64,000 nt of DNA from Oopsacas minuta (GCA_024704765.1 JAKMXF010000343.1:1079349-1143348); one strand, 5' to 3'; shown: positions 26,029 through 39,356, counted from the first letter of the stretch. The notes: generated from the sequence alone by a model not told the origin. Numbers and translations: made by a program.

Positions 26029-27288
26029 CAAGGTGGCTCCAAAGTTCTGATACAAAATCACGATTAATCTACAACCATTGGCAGGAAGTATTCTCAATGG
26101 TTTACTCTTCTATGACATACCTTATGCGGTTCCTAACGAATATTATTTCAAGTTAGTGTATAATATCCCGAAAAATATTACCATTGACCATGGAATCTGA
26201 GAGGTCAGCAAATAATTATTTGCATATGTCGGGGAAAAGTCTCTCAATTATTTTGAAACTGCTGAAGATTGCAAAAGGACATAGGGAATTTTCTACAGGA
26301 CGATAAATCGATATAAGGAAACTGGGGACACTGTAGACAAGCCAAGATCTGGTCGTCCGTGCTCTGTAAAGACCCCAGCTCTCAAGAAAGTGATCCGAGA
26401 ACGGATTCGGCGGAACCCACACAATTCGATGAGGAAATGGCCCTGGAGCTCAATATATCTCGCCGAGCAATACAAACTGTTGTCAAAAGGGACCTAGGAA
26501 TGCGCTCTTTTAAACGCAAAATGTACAATTATTATCTGGGTCGGTAAAAGGAAAGAGAGTGTCCCGGAACAAGAGCCTACTTGCTCTACACGGTATTGGG
26601 CTTCTCGAAAATACCCTTTTCTCAGATGAGAAATTTTTCACCATTGAAGAGGCTACAAATAGTCAAAACGACAGAGTCATCTCGACCTCAGTTTCAGCGA
26701 TTCCTGATAGGTTCAGATATATGTCGGATGAAGAAACCGCTGTCGGTGATGGTTTGGGCTGGGGTCTCTGCTGTTGGTCGGACACCACTGATTTTAATCG
26801 CCCCAGGAGTGAAAATCAATACCAAGAACTTGTATTAGAGCCTGTGGTAAAAGGTCTGAGCTAGACCATGTTTTCATTTTGTCTTCCAACAAGATGGTGC
26901 TCCCGCCCATACGACCAATACGACCCAAGATTGGCTGAAACACAATACTCCCAATTTCACATACAAGGATGAATGGCCACCATACAGTCCCGATTTAAAT
27001 CCCATGGACTATTCTATATGGTCTATCTTCGAAAACAAGGCTTGTTCTGTGCCACACAACACAGCTAGCTCTCTAAAGATTACCTTGTGACGAGATTTTG
27101 AGAAGATACCCCAAGAAAGTCTGCATGGCGCAGTAGAAGGATTCCTGAACAGACTCAGGGCTGTCATTTCCAAAAAGGGTGGGTTTATTGAATTCATGAC
27201 TAGGCAATCTCTTCCAAATAGTATCTAGGGCAAGCTGAAAGAATATTATAGACAAAATGATTTTTATCAGAAATTTGGAGCCAACCTA
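26029..27288 (+). mobile_element. Tc1/mariner DD37D (maT-type) transposon, degenerate, inside the foldback element
   Basis: TA|CAAGGTGGCTCCAAAGTTCTGATA ... TATCAGAAATTTGGAGCCAACCTA|TA. Transposase relics at 26226-27203: KPRSGRP, LFSDEKFFTIE, VMVWAGVS, FQQDGAPAH-(37 aa between D and D)-SPDLNPMDY. Several frameshifts and stops. Confidence 0.88.
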
Positions 27289-27332
27289 TATCAAAATCAT
27301 AGAAAATTAGTTGCAACCTCGCATGTTTTTGG

Positions 27333-28290
27333 AGGAAATTGAATTATGAGTTCCGAAAGAAGGTATCTATAAATTTTGAAGGGTTGTGATGAGAAATAAC
27401 TTCAAGAATTGATGTCAAAGTTAGAATTGGTAATATACAAAAACCATGAGAATTTATCGATTTTACAGGCTGTTGTTGGCGATAATTTTTAGTGTTTCAC
27501 GAAAATATTGATATTGTTATAGACGTCTTTGTCTCAAATATCGATTGGCATACAAATAATCGAAATTCGTTCGGATTTAGGGTAAGAACATGAGTTTGAA
27601 CTGACCCTACTTCTTGTAGAACATGATTGCTCACCTACCACTCTCACTCCCGACTTAAAATTAGAGTTCCTCTAGCTCCACGAGATGTAAATATATTTAA
27701 TGAAATTCAATTTTCATACACGTCCATATCACCAAAAGTATGCATATAAAATTTCAGAATCGAATTGTGACTTTTAGATGGGTAAATTCAAGGGAGTCGT
27801 TGACACCAAAATTATTAATCAAAAACAGTACTACGAGTACATGTTTTTAGAATCAAAACAAATTGTTTAAAACGTTCAACTTTCCTCTTCCCAATGATAC
27901 TAATTTCGTTGAAATCTGATGAGTATAAGTGAGTCAAATTAGTGACTGAATTGACCCTCGTCTATTTTCTTCACTGAATTTTTCAAAATATCATATTTCC
28001 AAAATTTATATATATTTTCAAAAGAAATTTTAAACACATAATCCACCAGTCCTCAATAGTACGTGGAAGAAAATTTGTATCACAATAATAATGAAAAGGC
28101 GGTCAAATAATACATTATAGTAGACACGAATGGAAAGTTGTTTCAAACCTCAATGCTAAGTCACTACATATATTTTTACAATTCTGATGACATTTTCGTA
28201 ATCCACCAACGCTGTACTTTCGAATATTCTAAGATGTTTTTTTCTCAAGCTCTACGGAAAGTCGGCCTAATATATGATTGAATTGAATAC
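27333..28290 (-). repeat. Right 958-bp inverted arm
   Basis: Reverse complement of 23471-24428. Confidence 0.95.
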
Positions 28291-28603
28291 TTGTTCAAAT
28301 TTGAATTGGGGTGCGAACATCTTCTTCGTCTTGCTATGCAACGTTGACATTAGAAACATGTAAAAGATTCACAGCGGAAATTTGACATTTAAAGTAGTAT
28401 TGTTGAATAAATAATAAATGTGTTATCCTAAGGGATAAAAAAGGATGAGCTATGACAATATTTGGTTTCAATCAGTTGATTCATAAGGTGAATACATTTG
28501 AAATGAACATGAGCTAGGTATGTCAAAATAAAAGTGGATTAAGTCATTTATATAATTTTGCGCTTGCAACAGGTGTACTTGTCTTAGAAGCGAATATCTA
28601 GAT

Positions 28604-29659
28604 AAGTGGTTTCCAACTTCGGGATTTCGACCACCATGGGGGTCGCCATTGCATCCTTTAAGGGTCATTTCGTAGACTAATGCAACAACAGTATATAAAT
28701 TCTAGGAAAAAGTAGGAGGCGTATTGAAAATAGCGAGGCTCCATAAACGATGACTAGGCCATATGTAACTATTTGGGCGCCGCAACTTCTGGCATACCCT
28801 CCAACCTTTTGACACATTGATTCCTGGATGGAGTCCAAATATTCCTCTAAACCTTGTGTAAAATGCCTGGAGTTCTGAAAATGTTTCTCGCTCGCAACGC
28901 TCGTTCGACTAGAAATTCAATTTCTGTCATCATTCTAATTATTCCTTGACACATTTAGTATTAAATTATCTGAATTCTAAACTATTTAGTTCGTTCTGAA
29001 TCAACAAAAACATGTTAATACTAGAAAGGTACTTGTAACTAGTACGTAGAACTGATCCAATAATGATTAATTATTGTTTTTATGACATTATAACACAATA
29101 GAGCTGAACACTTTGAGTCAATCCCTCGAGGTCAGGAAAGGACAAGATTTCTGGAAGGTTGTCAGGTATGCACTGGACTACTGGGCTTCAACTTGTTGAA
29201 GGGTAGTTGACACATAATTTCTTCACAAATCGTTGTGCTCATACAGTGGCGGTCCCAGGGTGGGCCAACAGGGCACTATCCCCGGGTTTGACAGATTCTC
29301 AGACCACCAAGAGCCATTATATAATATGATTTCGCACCGGATTTGCCCCGAGTTTATAATCTTGGCCCCGACCTTACCCCAGGCATGCAAATCCTGGGAT
29401 CGCCCCTGTGCTCATATAATTAGACTTCATAATATAATTATATATGAAGTGATAGTAATTACGTAAAATCCACATATTTATGGTATGGAATATTAGCTAG
29501 AGTACAGATTTCTAATCATCGTAGCATAGGTCCACAAAAAATAGCGGCACAGTGGCCCAGTGTCCCAAAAAGGAATTAAAGAGTCAATAGAAACAAGGGG
29601 CCGAATTCCCTCAATTCTAAGTATAAGGGGTCACGGGGTAAAAAGGTTGGGAACGACTG
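28604..29659. mobile_element. Non-autonomous hAT (Buster/Charlie-type) element
   Basis: (A)AGTGGTTTCCAACTT ... AAGGTTGGGAACGACTG with a perfect 8-bp TSD ATCTAGAT (28596-28603 and 29660-29667). Confidence 0.85.
29244..29408. mobile_element. 165-bp hAT MITE nested in the preceding element
   Basis: TIRs CAGTGGCGGTCCCAGG / CCTGGGATCGCCCCTG; perfect 8-bp TSD TGCTCATA (29236-29243 and 29409-29416). Confidence 0.88.
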
Positions 29660-31629
29660 ATCTAGATAATACATAAAAATTTAAATAATCAGAAAATTTG
29701 GTTTTCCAACTCGTTGAATGCAGCAACATGCACCAGAATACACAAACAAACATTCCATGGAAACATGTATGCCAACGATAAACAGGTTTACATATTCTTG
29801 TTATCAAAAAAAGGTTTGCTAGAAAATTATGAATTACGATAGCCTACCTTACATAAGGCCTGCATAATGAAGAAACTTCGCACATGGATGAAGTAGTAAG
29901 TGCAAATGCTAAGCAACAAAAAGTTTAATTATTATTGCAATAATTATGGGCTGGAGTGGTTAACCGGATTTAGTGGGTGATTAAAACCTTACTAGCAGAA
30001 TTCATGTATATACAATATTGTCATCTCAAAATATTCTCTCATTTTTATTCTCTTTTGGCCTCCCAACTATAATTACTTCTTACATCAATGCAAAACGGTT
30101 GTCCCAAGAGAGAAGGAACATTCGCTGAAGTAGCGAGTGCCAGGACTAAGTTGAAAGAACGTGCTGTTCTATGTTTTCTTTATCGATGTACAGAATATTA
30201 TTCATCAACAGCAACAGTCAAGCGCGCCCGCTAAGAAACAGTATTTGCAGTTACGGTATCTAGTTTTCATAAAAATGTTCACAATATACATCCAAATCTG
30301 CTGGCAAAACATTTCCCATCATCGAATCTTGCATTATTAACATTGAGGATTGTGGCTTAAGAGTTCAAGTTATACCAACTGATAATATATAATAATAATT
30401 ATCCATTGAATGTTTTATCTACAAACTGTTGTCTCCAAATATTAAGTCAGAGATTAAAGTACTCCCCTTTTGATAAATAGAATTATATTCCTCACTTTCG
30501 AGTTTGTCCATATTATGAAGAGTATTCGCAATAGTTAGCTAAATCAGATTTTATAAAGAAATGCAATTTCCAAATATTATAAATGAAGGTAGGTCACCAG
30601 ATAATAACATCTACCGCTAACAAATTGACAACGCAAATTAATGCTATTTCTTAAATATTTTTATGGCTTCTGAAATGCTAAGTATGATAGTACGTGCACA
30701 TAGTTTTCTTTAGTAAATCTCAATATTATAACGAAGTATATGTGGTAGGAGAAATATATGGCTTTCAGAAAAGTTAAAGAGGGTACAGTGTTGCCGTTAG
30801 GTACATGACAAGTGCACATGTATTCAATGAGACTAGACCAGGGGGGTCACTAGGTAAAGGTACTAACCCATAGGGTACTTGATTGAAAAGATCTTTTTTG
30901 GACCTACCTACCATCACCCCTCTGACACCCTATAATAAGTGCTCTTTGAACCCCAAATGTATCATTCGCGACATCTTAGTACTGTTTAGTTTTAGTATGT
31001 TTTTTGTCCCATTGTAAGTTAATCTTTGGTTCTCAATAATCTTCATGTGTGATATAATTAAAGTGATTTGTAAAATACTAGTAAACAGCTAAATTATGAC
31101 AGTTGCTCTAAATGATTTGAAGGGCAGTATTCAAAACAGACCCTAAATAATATATACGTGAGTAGTCAATCAAATTGATCTGTTTGCCATTAAATTACAA
31201 ATTTATATGAACACAATGAGACTGCCAAATTTGTTGGTATATCATGAATTCGAAAGCCAAATAGTTATATATATATTTACATAGGCTGGGATGTAAAATG
31301 TGTTCACCTTCCTTGATAGGATTAACAAGAGGATAATACTATCAAAGAAATAATACCCCCGTACTCTTCTTCAGTCCCATTGAATATAAGTATATAAATA
31401 TGTGTACTTGTTATGTACCTGACTGTCCCATTTGGAACCTCCACAACTTTTCTGAAAGCCATATATTTTCTCCCATTACATAAATTTCGTTTATAATATT
31501 AAGATTTACTAAAGAAACTATGTACCCCTACTATAATTCATATTTAGCATTTCAGAAGATAAAATAATATTCAAGAAAATAATATGAATTTACGATGTTA
31601 ACATGTTCCGTAGCATAAATACGTATCTA

Positions 31630-31813
31630 CAGTATAGTCTCGTTAATGCGAACACGGTTAAACCGTAACTCCGGATAAGAGGTACAAATTTTCCCAATTT
31701 ATCAGTCCCTTCGATGTCTTTTCAATGTAGTATTAATTCGGATAATACTTACTCAGGACAAGAAGTACGGATTATGGCATTCCCCTGGTATACGTATTAA
31801 CTAGAGTCTACTG
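31630..31813. mobile_element. pogo/Tigger-type MITE
   Basis: TA|CAGTATAGTCTCGTTAAT ... ATTAACTAGAGTCTACTG|TA; 184 bp, no coding capacity. Confidence 0.7.
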
Positions 31814-33747
31814 TATATTCAATTCTTACAATTCTCAGTAATATATTAGTGTATTACTAGCAAATATTTATCAAATCAGGAAATTTCAATTGTTTGGTGA
31901 ACCAGTAATTATTTGTAATTTATCCAGAACATAATGGAGGCAATTGGGCATGCCCCAGATCTAAATAAATTGGATCCGGTGCATGTGTACCTACTGCTAT
32001 CACTAGGCCCATAGAGACGAATCCCCTCTCCAGGTCAGTAGCGTAGAAAAGATTTCGGAGCACTGGTTCAAAATAATGAGTCGGACCTAATCATTTCACC
32101 TAGAACTATCAATTTTCTGGAGTTTTGGACATGCATTGGAAATCTTTAGAATTTTTTGTCCTGATAAACAGAATATTACTCAGTTTACAGCACTATTGAA
32201 CAATATTTACATAGTTTAAAACATGTAGCCAAATTCCAGTGCTACATTCTCATTTGTAAGAATGATTTCGGACGCTTGTAACTCTACACTCATCAGAAAG
32301 GGATTTACAGTAATGATATAATACTTAGGTGCAAACAAAATATATTTAGGACATTATATGAAGTTGTCCTTTCAAGATTTTTTCCTACCTAGGTAGTCTA
32401 AAAAGAAATATAGTTACACGTGCACGGTATTTCCTTGAATCAGGACCGGCGCAAGAAAAAGGCACCAAGACTTCTGATAAGAAATTTCCCCAACCTCTCT
32501 AGAATAAGTTCTTTGATGTAATTAAAGACTCATTGACTATGCAACAAATTAGAATAATTATAGTTTCCCAAATTCTTATATATATTGTATATTTGCTGCA
32601 TTAGTATAGGATTCGTGAGTGAAACCTAACTTAACTGTTAAATTCCGTAGTAAGCGAGCTATTATATGAACGATGCCTGATTGGAGGTAAATCGATTTAA
32701 ATGCTAAGCATTTTGCTGCATTCTTGGGTATAATAAATGATAAAAGGGATTGATTTGTGGCACCAGTACAGCTTGCTGAGCAGAGCACTAAGGTCCATTT
32801 GGAATGGAAACTTGCATGGGCCCCGAACACCAGCTCGCCCTTGAATAGAATCAGCGAAGTTTGGTAACTAAAACATTGAACATACCAATATATATCATTA
32901 TTTATGCATTCATGATGCGATTGTAACTTACAAAATGATTGAAATTTGGAAATACGGACCTAAATGTACTTCTCATAAATAGTTAACTAGCAGAATTCGT
33001 GTATACCGTATTTCCTTTAATAAGACCAGGGGCTAGAATAAGCGCAGGGGACTAGCACGACAGGAAGCTGAATTAACGTTAATTTTATATTCAAATAAGC
33101 AAAGGGTATTTTCCTGCACGAAATAAATAAGCCCCCTCCGGTGACTTATGCAGGGAAATATGGGATAAAATTTTCATCATAAAAATACCTTAGGAATACT
33201 GAATATATTGGTGGAAAATATAGTTTTCGATAATGTTTATCTCCTAGAAGTTTACTGGACAAAGCGGCGGTTAGCCGGCTAACTGAATCCAGCCTTCATT
33301 CATACAACTTATTCAGGTTAAACCTGAAACGATTTTTATGTTGATATTCGGGATCAGCGAAAAATATCACGTCGTTTAAATGGTCACTCGAATAGTATTT
33401 GAGAATAATTTTACCTAGTAAGGCAAGAATGTCTCGTGAATGTGGTAACATTCCATTCTCAAAAATCATAAGATGTGATAATGTATTTGTAAGAAATATG
33501 TGAAAAAAATAAAAATTGGAGGCCTTTGTAGACAAGCGAGAAAATCTTGTTGAAGGTCATTTAGAGGGCCAATCCAAATGGCCTTTTCATACTTTCGCTG
33601 ATCACAGATATCGATATGAAATTCGTGTGGGTCTAACCTGAACGCGTTGCATGAAATTGAATTTATTCAAAACGTGTCATAAAATGGCACTTGAGAGTGG
33701 CAAAAAGAAAGTCATTGATGATGGATTATAATGGAAATTTTATGGTA

Positions 33748-35059
33748 CAAGGGTTGTTCAATAAATAATGAGACTTTGTTTCGTAATTTATATAGTAAAC
33801 CTATACTTATCATAATTGATTATTAAATGTTTCGATAAATTCCCCCTTTAACTTCATGCATCGTTTCCATCGTTCTGGTAACTTTTCCAGCCCAGTCTTA
33901 TAGAATTCTTTAGGGGTCCCATTTCCCACTGTTATATTTCATACTCCAGCCGTTTGAAATCCTCAAATCTCTTCCCTCGAAGAGGTCTCTTCATCTCTCC
34001 AAACAGTCAGTAGTCGCTGGGAGCCAGGTCTGGACTATACGGGGGATGAGGGAGGCATTCGAATCCTAAGTCGTCAATTGCAGCCATTGTCTTTGAGCTT
34101 ACATTGGGCCTTGCGTTGTCATGTTGCAGCGATAGGCCACGTGTCAACTTGCCTCGCTCTCACGTTTAATCGCTTGACGCAATTCTTTCAATTCGTCAAC
34201 GTAATAATCACTGTTAATGGTGGTCTTCTCAGGCAACCAGTCGCGGTGTATAATTCCTTCCTTATCCCACAATACTGTTGCCATTCTCTTCCCTGCTGAT
34301 TTAGCGGCCTTTACCTTGATAGATACAGGTTCATCACGTCTCTTCCACTGCTTCAATTGAGTTTTGCTCTCTGGTTCATAATAATGAAACCAAGTTTCAT
34401 GCCCCGTTACTATAGGAGCCAAAAAGTCTTCTTCTGCCTTGTATCTTGAAAGTAATTCTTTGCTAACTCTAACCCTTTCGCCCTTTTGTTCTTTTGAAAG
34501 AAGTTTTGGGACCCAACGCGCAGTTACCTTCGACATTTCCAGATCTTTAGGGATAATCGAGTGTAGTGTAGCTTTGGATACCTACCCTCTCTTCTAGCCT
34601 CTCGCAGGGTTATTCGTCTGTCCTCGTCCAAAATTGTTTGGACCCTCTCGATATTACTGCGGGTTTTTGAGGAAGTCGGATGACCTGGACGAGGGTCATC
34701 GTGGAGTTCCTCATCGCCATTATCCAAACGTTAGATCCATCCACATATGGTGGCTTTCGAAGGATATTCATCACCAAAAATGTCCTGCATTTCACGAAAA
34801 ATGTATGAGCCAGCTTCCCCTTTTTCCACAGGTGCCAAATTATTTGTCGTTTTTCCTTCTTTGCTATAATCCATTAGTTGATCAAAGTAGCCTATACAAA
34901 TAAAACTTTATACTGAAGAATATGCCAGTAGAGTAAAGAGTATATTGTACCGAAGTTAGACAATCAAGTTAGGCTTGTAATCTGATATTAGGCTTAGAGC
35001 TGTATTAACTAGAATATGAATTCGATACATTAGTCTCATTACTTATTGAACAACCCTTG
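33748..35059 (-). mobile_element. mariner (DD34D) transposon, full length, frameshifted
   Basis: 28-bp TIRs CAAGGGTTGTTCAATAA(A/G)TAATGAGACT; TA on the left, AA on the right. Minus-strand motifs: DDPRPGHP, KVTARWVPKLLS, VTG(H)ETW (first D mutated), HDNARP-(34 aa)-YSPDLAPSDY. Confidence 0.92.
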
Positions 35060-35999
35060 AATTAATATACATACAGGGAGTGATCTATGAAAAATGGTCG
35101 TTTTACTATTTACTTCAGGGTCACACCATAGATTGACTGGACTACTGTATAAATGTGGAATTCTGAGAATTCTTCTTGAATAATCATCAATTTTGGTGCT
35201 AAATATGAAAAACAAGATTTCATACACTTAGCGAAATGATGAAATGAAATATTTGCGTTTCTCAAAAGAAAATTTTCATATATTAACAAACAACTTATGG
35301 TTAGAGGACATTTGCATTCGAAAGTATACAATAGGAAAGAGGGTTATCAGGAGATTCGCTGTCCCGAGCTACCCCGATTTATGGAGTTCATACAGTATAT
35401 CTGAGTTTTACTGTGTTAACTACATGAAATATTGAATTGTTGGTTTACGCAGTAGAACTCAATTAAAAATACTGTGTTATGTCATGTTAGATTCACTTAT
35501 CAAGTGGACATTATGATGGTTTCATTTAGACATTGACTCAAGGGATGGCAAAATGTTGGCTATGGGGAAATGGGACGAAAAGGAATGCCGAGGATGTAAC
35601 TTATAAAGCAAGGGATGGCGCCATCCCAGAACTCAAATGAAACCCTGCAAATAAATAAATAAAATAATGTTAAGTACACATGTTAAACTGAGAAGTATAA
35701 AGCTGACAAATTGAAGTGGTAGATCTAGGAGTAATACAGGCACCACAGGCACTACTCCTAGATCCACCGCTGCAAATTGTCAGCGTTATACTTCAGAACC
35801 ATAAATGTGAAACAATGGATTTTTCTATTTGATCAAGCAAATACAGAACCATTAAGTAATTACTCCCAAGAAGACTCATCTCTTAATTTTCCACAAGTTT
35901 AAGTTAGAATATTTGCAATATACCCGAAAATTAACTGTATATTAAATTTACTCAAAGGTACCCATATTATCAGCAAGATTGGGCAATAATCTTCAGAGA

Positions 36000-36650
36000 T
36001 ATCATATCAAAATGCAAAATCAGGGTATGAGAAGTTGGGTATGTATTATAAATTGGCTATCTTGATATTACTATAATTGCAACGATTATCGATTTGTAAG
36101 TGAATATTGACATAAAAGGGTAATCCATGGTTTCAACTGCAACTCAAGAACTAGCCAATATTATCATGACAATTTTTTGATATTTTGTAAGCAAATATAT
36201 TTCGAATATTTCATAATTGAACTTGGAAATCAAAGATCAATATTTTGCGTTCAATAGCTTGACATTTCTAGATAAATCATCCTATTTGGAGATCACAGGA
36301 CGTATTTTGACCTGAATATTTTCCAGATGTGGAATGTGTGATTCATCAAATCATTTATGTGATTGATCAGAGCATATTTGTCAAACCTGATGATCGCTTC
36401 AGTATATTTGCTAATAGCAAGATATATCGACATGGAATTAGCAACAATGCGCATTATTTATCCCTGGTCCAGAAAATCATTGTACTTTCAAGTCCTTGTA
36501 TTACATAGTTCAGGATATATGTTTATACGTTCGGAATTGATTGAAGAAACTAGAAGAACCCAGGGCTAATTATTTTGAGCATGGACAATTTTCAGTCTTG
36601 GATGAAAATTCAAACGAATGACGAAATTATAACGTCATTTTCACCTTTCG
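36000..36650. repeat. Decayed copy of the palindromic/long-TIR element family
   Basis: AATCAGGGTATGAGAAGTTGGGTATG (about 36018) matches 58540-58565. CAACTCAAGAACTAGCCAAT..TTTTGATA..GAACTT.GAAAT..AAGATCAATAT (36140-36245) matches 56590-56700. Confidence 0.55.
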
Positions 36651-37087
36651 GATTTTCGAAAATCACATTATTAGCTATTGCTCAACCAATATAAATTGTA
36701 GATGGTTGAAATTTGAATCATAGGTACTCCACAATATGCCAAATATCATGATGTCATCACATTGAACAATTGCAAACTCATTATGAAATTATTGCGTTAT
36801 TATGACTGTATAAAATAGTTTACCAAAAAAAGCCACTTATGAGCCCCAGTAAAACTACAGAAGGCTATTATATGGAATTTGGATGGACTATGGAGAATAA
36901 AAATTAACCCTGAAGCACGTAGTCCCAAGTATATCCCATTACGTTGCGATTCATAAGCCCTGACAAATCTAGCTGTTTCATACTTAGGCTAATACAAGGG
37001 ACAACGCTCGAGGATACTTCTGCCCATCGTGCAGCGAGCTTGCAACGAAGCGGACCAGTCTACGTAATTTGAATAAATAAACATTAT

Positions 37088-38330
37088 ACACTAAGTAGAA
37101 TTACTTTTGGAAAGGTAAATCGCAGCTGATTCCTTTGAAGGCGTACCGAGTGTTCAATAAATTCGCGGAAAAATATGTTTCCACTACAGTGAACTGACAA
37201 GTTGCTATAATAAATGTTCAAAAGACTCCCCATTAGCATCAATACACCTTTGACAGCGATGTAACCACATGTCAAATAGCTTAAAATAGCTACTTACTGG
37301 TATATACTCAACTGCCTCTAAAAACGCAGCGATTAGCTCAGATTCTGATTCAAAACGTCTGCCTTTTAGTTGTCTTTTTAGATTCTGGAACAACCAAAAG
37401 TCACAAGGGGAAAGATCTGGGCTATAAGGTGGATGTTCAATCACTTCTAAGCCTGATTGCCTAAGAGACTCTTTGCTACTTCTGGCTGTGTGTGTGCTGG
37501 AGCATTATCATGATGAAATTTCATCCCACGGATCCCAGACTTTGGTCTCAACGTCTCCACTGCTTGGAACACTTTAGGAAGGCAACACTCGGTATACCAA
37601 GCTGCAGTAACTGTATGCTTCGCTGAAAGCATCACAAATTCAAGAAGTCCTCTCGTGGTGAAGAAAATTGCGAGCATTCGCTTGTTGACCGCCATGAATC
37701 GTTTGGGAATTGGGTCCGATACCTCATCTTCAAAGATCCATTTAGAGCTCTGTTGCTTCGTTTGCATGTCATAGAAGTAGACCCAAGTTTCATCACCCGT
37801 TATTACTTCTGAATGCCGCCGAGAATCTGCTTTCGAGTACTTTAGTAACATAGAACGACAAAATTGGATCCGACGATTTTTCTGCTCCAAAGTTAGCAAA
37901 TGTGGGACTTACTTGGAACAAACCCTTCTTAGACCAAGGTGTTGGCGTAGGATTGTTTCTATTGTTCCCGATGATACTGATGCATCGTGAAATAACTGAC
38001 GGATAGTAATTTGTCTGTCCTCTCCTACCAGTTCTTCCACCTTGGTGATACTTTCATCGGTGGCCGCCGTAATCGGGCGTCCGGTTCGAACATCATCATC
38101 CAAGCACATGCAACCCAAACGAAATCGGCTGCGCCACTTGTAAATGCTTGTTTTGGTTGGAGGCTGTTCTCCAAAAACAGAAAACATCTCAGTGATGCAC
38201 TCCATAGCGTTTATTCCACGTTTATAGTTGTAAAACATTATGGTACGAAAATCCCTATTATTCAAATTCTCCATTGAAAATTCAAAATTTGAAATGACTT
38301 GACTAAATTGAGTGTAACAGAAAAAGTACA
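37088..38330 (-). mobile_element. mariner (DD34D) transposon with nearly intact transposase pseudogene
   Basis: MENLNNRDFRTIMFYNYKRG..DDDVRTGRP..RRVCSK*(W)VPHLL..ITGDETWVYFYD..HHDNAPAHT..HPPYSPDLSPCDFWLF..IDANGESFEHLL*. One nonsense codon (37909-37911) and one +2 slip in a CA run near 37490; restoring it gives DD34D. The 5' TIR was not clearly located. Confidence 0.88.
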
Positions 38331-39356
38331 CTACTTAGAATGTTGAAATTTTATCTACTATTCATTCGTTAGCTATACTACTTATGGTAAATTAACATTA
38401 ACGCTACTAAATGAACTTCATATAGGTTCCGCGAACTTATTAAACACTCGGTATAGGCAGATACGCCTTCCATACGTAGGCGTACCAACAGATATGCCTT
38501 ACATAAGCAGATATACCAGCCCGATATGCATTCCATAAGTAGGAGTACCGACCCGGTATGCCAAAACGCCCTGAGAAGAATCGTGTTCAGAAAAATGCGG
38601 TTGGAATTAGGGAGGTCTACTTTGATGAGGATGTTTAAACAATTCAAAAAGCTGGCAATTAAGTTGAATTTCGTCATTGGTTTAAATCTTCCTGCAATAC
38701 CCTCATATGCCAAAATCAGTTATGGGGTTTCCAATTTCTGCACTCAATTCTGGGTATACAGACAAAGCGCGTAATAGCCATGAGTCACAGAGGGCGAAGA
38801 GGAATGATCGACAGCGATAAGAAATTCTGCACAGACGGGTTCGATCCGGGAATGCTAAATTTGTGTCGGGATATTAAAAGCACATAAAGAAAAGCAATAA
38901 ACAAACGTAAACTATGTATTAAATAAAAATATTGTTGGAGGAATCTGACCGAAATTTCAAGGTTAGAAATGGGGGTTCGTTATAAAAGAGTGGCTGGAAT
39001 TCAGAATACTAGTGGAAAGAAATAACTGAAGAGTAAGGGTGAAGGGGAAATATATAAATTTTAACCATAACTATGAGTTTTGAAAATTAATTCAATCATT
39101 ATATAAGGTGTTATAATTTCAGTACAGCCAACAATCTCAGAAGTCTTAAGGTTAGCTGTATTGTACAATTAAATATACGCATAGTCTAAGGGCAATGAGT
39201 CGCTCAGGATAGATCAATAAGTCAAAAACCATCACAATATTTAGAAAAGCTAGCAAAATTACAATGTATTACGTATTGCTGAAATGAAATCCCAGGCATG
39301 CAATATATTTCTCCATGTCATCTAAATAAAGATATAAAATATGCTAAAAAGCCAAC

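Larger units (their letters stand above)
23434..28329. mobile_element. Foldback/MULE-like non-autonomous DNA transposon with approximately 1-kb TIRs
   Basis: Termini ACGAAGAAGA ... TCTTCTTCGT are flanked by the 9-bp direct repeat CTTGCTATG (23425-23433 and 28330-28338). An equivalent reading is G..C termini with a 7-bp TSD TTGCTAT. Inverted arms 23471-24428 and 27333-28290 are 958 bp each. Confidence 0.8.

Noticed and set aside
23471-28290. Inverted 958-bp duplication as a pure assembly or amplification artefact
   Set aside because: It is bounded by its own terminal inverted repeat and a 9-bp target duplication and shows tip mismatches, which an artefact would not create. It is not fully excluded without reads.
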